DNA of 63,632 nucleotides, the filler included, from Octopus bimaculoides (taxonomy: Eukaryota), in NCBI RefSeq assembly GCF_001194135.2. It is 8 parts of 7 records of this genome, joined end to end, with 100 filler letters (N's around TTAATTAATTAA, not from the genome) between each part and the next. Parts side by side here need not be neighbours in the genome. Positions count along the whole stretch, not along the records: positions 53,026 to 60,663 come from NC_069000.1; positions 60,764 to 62,392 come from NC_069008.1; positions 62,493 to 63,632 come from NW_026350626.1; 5 more parts are not named here. One strand, given 5' to 3'. The translations under genes were made by a program, and so were the position numbers. This document shows, one piece after another, positions 54,095 to 63,632 of the stretch. Positions within the stretch are counted from its first letter, which is position 1, and each line of letters opens with the position of its first letter. The notes beneath the pieces are model-generated. The model worked only from the letters and a program-made list of their open reading frames with translations. It ran no database searches and was not told where the DNA came from.

Positions 54095-54520
54095 CTTTGC
54101 AGGCTTTTGTAGGATCAAATCACCTCTGCACATTACGCACTGCGCTCTTAAGTCAGACATCCACAATACTTTCTCTTAGTAATTATCCGATTACAGAGTT
54201 TGGTACTCTGTCCAACGCTTTCTTTCGATTGCTATATGTTAGTCAAAGCGGATCAGTCTTTAGTAGGAATTTTTGTGCCTGTCTCACTAGGCATACCTCA
54301 AGCCCAAATGACATTTCATCTAACCTTATTTCCTTCCAAAAGAGTAGCGCTGTCATTCATCCTGTTACTATCATAACTTAGTCACCAGGTATGATTCTTA
54401 TGTATTCCCTACTTTGGGGAACATTTTCTTCACTTTTGCAGTTTTTGGTGATGATAAACTTACATCATTTGTGTGGGATTAATTCTTCATAATCCACAGT
54501 TATCACCTATTTGACAAAGC
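54095..54520 (-). mobile_element. RTE-clade LINE RT remnant, heavily decayed
   Basis: Minus frame LDEMSFG...LVRQAQKFLLKTDPL*LTYSNRKKALDRVP resembles RTE QFGF...LVRQLQEK...DLEKAFDRVP. Confidence 0.65.
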
Positions 54521-54741
54521 GCTTTATGTACTAGAATAATTAGTCTTCCATTCTTTAGCTGATTGACTACGTGTGGCATACGTTTAGCTGAGTGACAATG
54601 GGAACATCAAACGAGTAGTATTTCCTGTCTCACATGCTGCTCTTGAATGTCAAGCTGCTACATCTAACTTGTCATTCAGTCGCATTTTCATCGCTTATTT
54701 ATGAATACCCTTGCTATCGTTATTTCTAGTGAAAGTGCGAA

Positions 54742-54772
<31 letters not shown>

Positions 54773-54881
54773 TACGCAAATGCACATGAGGATACATAAT
54801 TATGTACGCACGCACAGAAGCGCGCGTGCGTGTTTACATATATACGTGGATACATATGTGTTACAATAGTCGAATACCTTC

Positions 54882-54968
<87 letters not shown>

Positions 54969-55839
54969 CCGAGACTGCCACAATATCGAACAGCATAAAC
55001 TCGGGAAGGTAAGTCAATATCAATTAGAAAGAAAAGAAAATGACATTAAAACCGGCATTTTATCGAACAAAAACCAAAGCATTTCATCATGTGTCGAAAA
55101 CATTTTGTATAAAAGACGAAAATAGAAGAACTATCGTTTAGTGAGATCTCAATTTCTTTTCCGTTCTTAAAAATGGCAAATCTTCACTAAGAATAATTGA
55201 AGAATCAGTCATGAAAACGAAATTAATAGAAACGTTATCAGTAATGTTTCTTTTTTATCTTCAATATTTCTAGTATTTTGTTACTTTATACACAAGGGGT
55301 GTGCGCTCTAATTTTATATTTTATTAGTTTAATTCATATTTTATTCAAACAATTATGTGACTTATTGAAATATCGAAAAAAATTTGTTCCGTAATTATTC
55401 TATCTAGAAATTTTTTCCATATTTCTCCTTCTTGTATTTTTGCTATAGCTTGTCTTTTTTTTTCTCTTTCTTTCCCCTACTTTTATTCATATTTTCGCCT
55501 GAAAGACAGACGAAAAGTAATGAACGTAAATTTATAACAAAAATAAATGCGTTCGTAAGGAAGCTTTTGATAAATAATACGTATATGACTATGTGTGTGT
55601 GTGTGCCGCGGGCGTTAGTGTGCGCGTACGTGCATGAGTATGTATGCGCGTGCGACCCAGAAAGACACTACAATCAGAATATACAGAGCCAGGGTGCAAT
55701 ACAGTCCAAGAGTGAATATCGGTTTGTCACCTGAGTGTCACATGAATAATGATACAATATTTCATGTACATATTACCAAGATAGCAATGGATTCTGATAT
55801 TACTCAGAAACATAGAAAATGATACTGTGCTTCTTCCAT

Positions 55840-56105
55840 GGAGAACATTCGTTCCCAGTCGCCTATATTACTCCTCCCAGCTAGACATCGAGGCAACACA
55901 TCGCTACTACCAAAGTACAGTGACTCGATGGAGCAGATGAGCGAATTACTAGAGGAATTTATTCACTACCCAATGAAGACAAGAGGTAAAAGACATGCAG
56001 TTATATGCATATGGAAAATTCTGGTGAGTCTAGATTCCAACGCTGACATTGAAATCTATACCAACCACCGAACTGGACGGCACTACATAGTACCAAAGAT
56101 CTAAT
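55840..56105 (+). mobile_element. CR1-group LINE remnant, old
   Basis: RGKRHAVICIWKILV...IEIYTNHRTGRHYIVPK matches the other two CR1-like copies. Confidence 0.6.
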
Positions 56106-56334
56106 ATTCATCTAGAAAGAAAGAGCAGGTTTCATAAACAACCCCTTGAATTGCTGTTCCCTAAGCTGCAACTTAATCCAGGAGAGATAACGTTTGTCTT
56201 TTTATGAAACCTATACGGACTCCATCTCATTCACATACTTCAGAAAAATATACGCCGGTCAGAACGCTTAGCGGTATGTCTTACGTACGGCGTTTGAATG
56301 CCGAGATCGTCTTTGCCTTTCACCCAGGCATTGT

Positions 56335-56520
56335 CAGGCTTTTGGCAAAATTTGATGCAGATTCTCTGCTCAACTTTCACAGTCATGACCAATGCGACGA
56401 TCACTCGCTACACGCCGTCTTTCCAAGCACTGCTATGAACAGCGGAAGTGAGCTTGAACGTTAAAACTTACTACGCATGGAATCCAGATTTCAAGGTGAA
56501 TCTGAGCCAGGCAGCTTTAG
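56335..56520 (+). mobile_element. Possible mariner 3' remnant (preceded by a SINE family 2 piece at 56220-56330)
   Basis: LAKFDADSLL / TTGGCAAAATTTGATGCAGATTC recalled as a mariner transposase C-terminus; not verified by search. Confidence 0.4.
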
Positions 56521-59500
56521 TGGCCGTGTTTTAGCTTTGCTATTGTAGGAACAGACAGTATACTTATTGATCAGACCACATATATGATATAAAGACAGGA
56601 GCTACATGATGGATATATTTCACCATTCGAGATCTGTATGCCTACGATAGTTTCGCAAACTTTATCATATACAGACAATGTATTTTAGAGTATATATATA
56701 ACGGCATTTTTTTTTTTTTGCGGGAGGCCAGTCTATTGAGGAACGTAGTTATAAAATGTGATAGATATGACACGGCCATAACGTCATACATTGTTTGTGG
56801 GGATTGATTCGAAACGGATTAAGAACATAAAAACTTTTCTTAAGAGTGATCAATATCGCGAAGGATGGACAAGCTTTTTGAGAATGTCCGATTTATATTT
56901 TAATTTGCAACAAATAATTGTATTTAATGATTTAACAAACTACTTAACTAGTTACTTGTGAAACACGTATCATTTATTTACTGAATCGATTTAGCTTAAA
57001 CTTGCTATGCATTTTTCTTTTATTTGCATTATTTTTGCTTGATGCAATTCAATACAATGTAGTTACTTACGCATCCGTTATAGACAACAATAGGCGTTAC
57101 AAAAATCAGAAGTGTTTTATGCTATTTTCTTCGTCTTATGGAATGCATTGCCTGTTGAATGCCTATTCATTATTTCAGGTTTTAGTTTTATTTGTGAAAT
57201 TTATTTCTATCTCGGTACCCATCAATCTCACACACACAAACATNNNNNNNNNNTATATACGCACAAACAATTATATGCATGCTTACATACATATATACAT
57301 ATATATACATATATATTAAGTAATCGAAATATTTATGCACGCATATTTGTGAGTATATATATATATATATATATATACATACACGTAAGTGTAAATACAT
57401 ATCCACATACATTCGTACTGTGTCTTTGCATCCTAGAGTGTCTAAATTTTAGATATTTATTTTTAAGAGATTCATGAATCGAATACCAATAAGAGAAAAT
57501 CATCTAAATTTCTATGAAACTAACTTAAATTCATTTGCAGTAACCTAAAAGTATTCAAAGAATCACATATAAAACTGTAAAATGTTAAAAAAATATAAAG
57601 ATAAATAAGAAGTTGAGAATAGCGATCGGAAAGATAATGGAGGCATTCAAAGACGGGAAAAAAATTAGCGAAACAACTGTAAAGAAATTAAAATGCAATC
57701 AAGTAGAAAGATTAGCCTAACATTGTTGTATGTTGTTGCAATGGAATCAGAAATCTTTGCCGTTTTAGAATTAGTAAAGATGTAAATGGATTATTCTCGG
57801 CGGCAACTTACATCCTTATCGTGTTTTATTACGAAATTTTAGTGCCTTCTGATTCATTTCATTTTTTAAATTATTCTTTGTTTAGTTTAGTTTCTAGAAG
57901 AGGAAAAAATAATTGATCTGTATGTACATACGTATATCCTTACATACTACTACGCACACACAATGGTCCTCATATTTATGCTTGTGTGTGTGCACACATG
58001 TGTGTATGTAAGTGTCTATATACTTAGACAGAGAAAAAGAGAGAGTCACAGATATATGTATATATTCATTTTTAGATATTGAGAAAAAGAAATTAAAGGA
58101 AACCAACTTTGTTTTCGTTTTTTTTTTCATGTAATATTTACTTAGCTCATCTCGCTTACGTTTCATTAACAGCGAAAAATATCAGGTAAGTAAAACATTA
58201 TCTGATTGCATCGTTCACTTAGTAGAAAATTGCGTAACATTCATTACTAGACTTTACTATTCAATTTAGATGACACTGTTGTGATTAAAATGTCGCTGCT
58301 GTATATTTTGCGACAACACTGTCAGCCTCAAGTATGAATACTATAGTTTAATAACTAATATTATGCAATCTCTGATGACTTAGGAATATCATTACGTAAT
58401 ATTTGTATTCATCTCATGTATACTTATCAATGGAAATGTTGTAATTAAATTAAAGATGAAGGAACTAATGTAAGCAACATGTTTTATTGTCTTAGCTATT
58501 CATATATACTATGGGATCTGTGCTAATTTTAGTTACGAAAATATCACCGACAAACACCTGTAAAATACACCACAAGATACACGCAGCCGTTCTCTAACGA
58601 TTCCATCGTTTCGAAGATTGGAACACTTACGTTTATTTTGATCATAACAGAAAGGAGAAAGCTATGAATGTCTGATAAACTGTGAGATTTGAACTCAGAG
58701 CGTATACAACCCTAACTAATACCGTAAGAAAGGCTCCCTTACATTTAATGATTCTATCAATTGACTCTGTTACGTCAAACTTTACTCTTTCAAAACACAA
58801 AAATAAAACAACGTCGCAAGAAGGCGTAATCATATTTTTGGTTTTGTCTCTCTTTGTTTTCTTCTCTCTAATAAAATTTTTGTGGTATACTCGCTGCTAT
58901 ATAAATAAATCGAAGTTACTGTAAACTATGCAAGGAAAATCTAAATTGGCTAAAAGACAAACTTATCGAAGTCTGTTGCCAGGAGAAGTATAAAAAAAGA
59001 CAAACTATCGTCTTTTAAAATGTGTTAATCTGTTTATGTTCACTGGTGCCAGAGAAATATTTTCAACTTCAAATGTGCAATTCGTATTCTTTCTTCCAAA
59101 TAGCGATGTATTGCTATAGATCTTAAGGCAGAATACAAAATTATTCATAAAAAATTCTGTCTTTTGATATGTGAGTTTTTTTGAAAAATAATTTCGTTTG
59201 TCAATAAAGAGGTGATAGTGCAATCTATTGAGTAGGACCAATGTCGTTGTTAATTTGGCAGTACACACACACTCACACACACACGTACAAATTCACACAC
59301 GCGTGCATATATGTGTGTCTGTGCGCGCGTGCGTGGGCTACTTTTTGCTTGTCTGCGTATATGCATTAGCCTGTGTCTTCGTATTTGTATGGATATTTTT
59401 AAGTTTGCAATTAGATTGTTGGCAAAGGAAGAAAGTTGGCCAAAATTGTTATCTATATCCAATTAAACTAAATTTAAATTGAAGTGATATATTCATATAT

Positions 59501-59534
59501 ATATAGAGAGAGAGACAGGCAGACAGACAGATGG

Positions 59535-59597
<63 letters not shown>

Positions 59598-59844
59598 GTT
59601 AGTGAGAGAGAGGGAGAGCGAGAGATTGGTAGTACCCTACGAAAATATTAGAGAAACAACTTATTACAGCCATATTTAATACACTTTTAAAAGAAGCTCA
59701 GTTCAACATACATGTTAATGTCATAATAGCTTCAAATATACGTATTATGTCGAATTTGGATTCAAACTTAGAATAGTTGCGGTTCGTTCAAATAATGACG
59801 GAAATAATGAATTATTCAACTCTCATACAAATAAACCTTATTTA

Positions 59845-59940
59845 TAATCGATAAATTAAGTACCAATTGCATACTGGGGTCGATCTAATCGACTGGGCCC
59901 CTCCCCCAAAACCTCGGGCTTTGTTCCTAGAGTAGAAAAT
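59845..59940 (+). mobile_element. SINE family 2, 3' half
   Basis: TCGATAAATTAAGTACC...CTGGGGTCGATCTAATCGACTGG...CCTAGAGTAGAAA. Confidence 0.7.
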
Positions 59941-60663
59941 ATTATCTATTTACACATATCTACATTATCCCTCAATTATCGCGGGTCTTAAGTCCCAAAC
60001 CCACCCGCGATAGGTGACAATCCGCGAAGTAGAAATAGTACTGTATTGTATATAATTTGCATATATATTTATTTTATTATAAAACAACACCACGGAGGAA
60101 TGGACGTAAGCTTAAATAATAAAGCGCTATATGGCCCGGGAATACCGTATATCTATTTATTTTTTTTCTGTATAACCATTTAATTATATTTGATTTCCTC
60201 AGGTTAAATGCCCTCGTAATTTTATATATCATAAATCACTTGTGAGTGAGAGTATAGGGGAGACTAGTGTCGCACAAAGCTTCATAAATAATTATACAAG
60301 GAGTCAAAGAGCATATAATGGAAATGGATTCAGAGAAAACATTCGAACTGGAATCGGTTTAGGTATGTTATAAAGAATTATATGAAATCGGTTTATTCCG
60401 CTGAGATACTAATAAATGTCTATGTAAGTGCAGGAGAGCCTGTGTGTGCGTGTGTGCGCGTGTGTGTACTCTCTACATGCTTTCGTGCTTGAGTTATTAT
60501 CTAATGATCGATCTTGCGAGCAATATCGAGAGAACGTTACGTAGACAAGATTATCACTCATAAACGCACTCACATGGTATGGAAACACATAAATATATGC
60601 ATATACAAATTAATTGGTAGATAGACAGGCAGACAGACAAAGATATATATATATATATATATA

Positions 60664-60763
60664 NNNNNNNNNNNNNNNNNNNNNNNNNNNNNNNNNNNNN
60701 NNNNNNNTTAATTAATTAANNNNNNNNNNNNNNNNNNNNNNNNNNNNNNNNNNNNNNNNNNNN
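60664..60763. other. Scaffolding spacer 44N-TTAATTAATTAA-44N
   Basis: Same 100-bp structure. Confidence 0.95.
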
Positions 60764-60833
60764 GTTTGTAAAGAATAAAGTATAAAAAGAAAAGGAAGCA
60801 AAATATATAAACTGGTATTTGAGAGGAAAAATA

Positions 60834-62327
60834 ATGGAAAAGAGTGAGAAAAGTATACAATTGATTTCCCCTGAACCCATGACAAAAGAGATGATATCAT
60901 ACAATTGTGATATCTGTACAAAGTCGTTCTTACAAAAAAGTGACCTACTTATGCACAAACGTATTCACACAGGAGAGAAACTATATGATTGTGACATTTG
61001 TGGTAAATCATTCTCTTGCAGTAGTAAGTTATCTACACACAATCGTTCTCACACAGGAGAGAAACCATATCATTGTGATATCTGTGGTAAATCATTTTCT
61101 CGAAGTAGTAATGTTACTGCGCACAAACGTACTCATACAGGAGAGCGACCATATCACTGTGATATCTGTGGTAAATCATTCTCTTACAGTAGCAAGTTAT
61201 CAATACACAATCGTTCTCACACAGGAGAGAAACCATATCATTGTGATATCTGTGGTAAATCATTTGCTCGAAGTAGTAATGTTACTGCACACAAACGTAC
61301 TCATACAGGAGAGAGACCATATCACTGTGATGTCTGTGGTAAATCATTCTTTGGAAATACTGACTTAACAAAACACAAGTATATTCATACAGGAGGGAAG
61401 CCATATCAAACTGATGTTTGTGGTAAACGATTCTCAAATAAAAGATCTGTAACATCACACAAACGTATTCATACAGGAGAGAAACCATATCATTGTGATA
61501 TCTGTGGTAAATCATTCACTAGTAATAGTTACTTAAACGTACACAGACGTATTCATACAGGAGAGACACCATATCATTGTGATATTTGTGGTAAAGCATG
61601 CACTAATAATCATGTCTTAGCAAGACACAAACGTATTCATACAGGAGAGACACCATATCATTGTGATATCTGTGGTAAATCATTCTCACAAAGAAGTCAC
61701 TTATCTACACACAATAGTATTCATACAGGAGAGAAACCATATCACTGTGATATTTGTGGTAAATCATTCTCTCAAAGAAGTCACTTATCTACACATATAC
61801 GTATTCATACAGGAGAGAAACCATATCACTGTAATATCTGTGGTGAATCATTCTCTCATAATAATATCTTAACTATTCATGAACGCATTCATACAGGAGA
61901 GAAGCCATATCATTGTGATATTTGCGGTAAACGATTCTCTATTAAAAGTTCCTTAACATCACACCATCATTCTCATACAGGAGAGACAGCATATCAATGT
62001 GATATTTGTGGTAAACCATTCTCTGACAGTAGTGCTTTAACTGCACACAATCGTATTCATACAAGAGAGAAACCATATCATTGTGATATTTGTGGTAAAC
62101 CATACTCTAATAATAGTGCCTTAGCAGTACACAAGTGTATTCATACAGGAGTGAAACCATATCATTGTAACATCTGCAGTGAATCATTCGCTTATAATAG
62201 TACCTTAACTGCACATAAACGTATTCATACAGGAGAGAAGCCATATCACTGTGATATTTGTGGTAAATCCTTCTCTCAAAATAGTAAGTTAACAAAACAC
62301 AAACATATTCATGCTAAGGAGCAATGA
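60834..62327 (+). CDS. Tandem C2H2 (Kruppel-type) zinc-finger protein, 17 fingers, 497 aa, no recognisable effector domain
   Basis: Uninterrupted ORF of 28-aa repeats CxxC-x12-H-x3-H with TGEKPY-type linkers. First ATG at 60834 (MEKSEKS...), in-frame stop upstream at 60783, TGA ending 62327. Finger 7 lacks its first Cys. The piece is bounded by scaffold joins, so upstream exons cannot be excluded. Confidence 0.93.
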   Translation: MEKSEKSIQLISPEPMTKEMISYNCDICTKSFLQKSDLLMHKRIHTGEKLYDCDICGKSFSCSSKLSTHNRSHTGEKPYHCDICGKSFSRSSNVTAHKRTHTGERPYHCDICGKSFSYSSKLSIHNRSHTGEKPYHCDICGKSFARSSNVTAHKRTHTGERPYHCDVCGKSFFGNTDLTKHKYIHTGGKPYQTDVCGKRFSNKRSVTSHKRIHTGEKPYHCDICGKSFTSNSYLNVHRRIHTGETPYHCDICGKACTNNHVLARHKRIHTGETPYHCDICGKSFSQRSHLSTHNSIHTGEKPYHCDICGKSFSQRSHLSTHIRIHTGEKPYHCNICGESFSHNNILTIHERIHTGEKPYHCDICGKRFSIKSSLTSHHHSHTGETAYQCDICGKPFSDSSALTAHNRIHTREKPYHCDICGKPYSNNSALAVHKCIHTGVKPYHCNICSESFAYNSTLTAHKRIHTGEKPYHCDICGKSFSQNSKLTKHKHIHAKEQ

Positions 62328-62392
62328 AAAGGGTAGTTTCTCGTTTCTTATTTGCTATATTTAATTTTCTTGTGTGTTATGCAATGGATATT

Positions 62393-62492
62393 NNNNNNNN
62401 NNNNNNNNNNNNNNNNNNNNNNNNNNNNNNNNNNNNTTAATTAATTAANNNNNNNNNNNNNNNNNNNNNNNNNNNNNNNNNNNNNNNNNNNN
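62393..62492. other. Scaffolding spacer 44N-TTAATTAATTAA-44N
   Basis: Same 100-bp structure. Confidence 0.95.
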
Positions 62493-63360
62493 GCTCCAGC
62501 ATGGCCACAGTCAAATGACTGAAACAAGTAAAAAAGAGTAATCGTGAAGACATATTTTCTTCGGTCATGAATGACCATGGGATTGCACTTAGGAAGTTAC
62601 CCTCCAGAGTACAAGTCCGGGCAAAGTTGTTTATGGAAGACCAGCAGTCACCCATACCTACCAGCCTCTCATCTCCACTTTACCCATGTTATCCAAGTCG
62701 GACTGAACCCGGAATCATATGGTTGGGAAGCAAACTTCTTACCACGTTGTCACGCCTGCGCCTATGTAGTTTTTAAAAATTTTTACGGAAATTATAAATA
62801 TCTCGGAAAATTTACTTCACACACACGTGCGTGCGCATTCCTCGCTGAGGCACAAGGCTAGGCAAGGTTGTTTATTTAAGACTAGCAGTCCCCCATGCAT
62901 ACCAGCTTCCTCTCTCCACGCCACCGATGTTATTGAAGGGATAAGGCAAAGGACGAGACAGCTTGGCACCAGTGACGTCGCAAAAGTGTCTTGCTCAAGA
63001 ACACAACACGCAGCCCGGTGCAGGAATCGAACTCACTACCCGATGATTGTGAGCTCGACGCCCACACGTGTGCATTAGTGAGTGTTTGTGTGCGCGTCTG
63101 CGCGTGTGTATGTCTTTGTGTGTGTCTTTGTGTGTGTGTGTCCTTGTGTGTGTGTGTATGTGTGTGTGCGCACACGTGTGTGTGTGTCTTTGTGTTTGTC
63201 CATCCACACGGCTTCACAAACCATGCTGGTTTGTTTAAGTTTTCGTATTCTAGCGGTTCGGCAAAAGATACCGAAAGACCTTAAAAAAACATAAATACTG
63301 GGGGCAAGAAGGTACTCCAGCATGGTCACAGTCTAATAACTGAAACAAGTGAAAGACAAG
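62493..63360. mobile_element. Cluster of SINE pieces: family 1 tails (+; 62493-62535, 63215-63360) and family 3 or chimeric copies (-; 62560-62763, 62835-63066)
   Basis: Motifs shared with 36331-36662, 12375-12860 and 50935-51178. Confidence 0.7.
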
Positions 63361-63632
63361 AAATATAAAATACATTTTATTTAGGAGCAAAGGAAAAAAA
63401 ATTCGGAGAATTAAGTTGAAGTTTGTTGACACAAGAATGAATGAGCAAAGATAGAAATTAAAAGAGAGGAATGGTCAGGTGAATCGGGGGAATCGCTAAG
63501 ATGATCTTTCGACTGAATTTATCGGGAGGACAAAAGAAGAGAGAAATATTAGGGGAACTGAAATTTGTATTTGACTTTGTACAGTGTGTGTGTTGGCACT
63601 CCATCGCTTACGACGTCGAGGGTTCCAGTTGA

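Noticed and set aside
60240-60368. Possible 5' exon of the zinc-finger gene (AG|GTATGT donor at 60362/60363, short uORF from 60318)
   Set aside because: Separated from the ORF by a scaffolding join, and no transcript evidence.
60907-62295. Alternative-frame and antisense ORFs overlapping the zinc-finger gene
   Set aside because: By-products of the 84-bp periodic finger repeat.

Overview
Eukaryotic, AT-rich, microsatellite-saturated and gap-rich genomic DNA. The zinc-finger style and tRNA-derived SINE families suggest an octopus genome (inference, no database search run). Seven identical 100-bp joins (44 N + TTAATTAATTAA + 44 N) show the window is 8 scaffolded pieces, so adjacency across them is uncertain. 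The only intact host coding region I can support is a 17-finger C2H2 zinc-finger ORF (60834-62327, +) on a 1.6-kb piece. The rest is mostly decayed transposons: three tRNA-SINE families, R4/Dong-like, CR1-like, RTE-like and Penelope-like retroelement fragments, two short solo LTRs with 5-bp TSDs, Helitrons, pogo/Tigger, mariner and hAT derivatives. The most unusual signal is a set of minimal type I hammerhead-ribozyme-like motifs (CUGANGA - helix II - GAAA - palindromic helix III - UH), several of them at the edges of inverted-repeat elements. The best case is a ~360-bp palindrome (20778-21142) with a perfect 86-bp stem and an outward-facing hammerhead motif on each strand. All folding and alignments were done by eye. 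Nearly all short ORFs in the supplied track are microsatellite or N-run artefacts.
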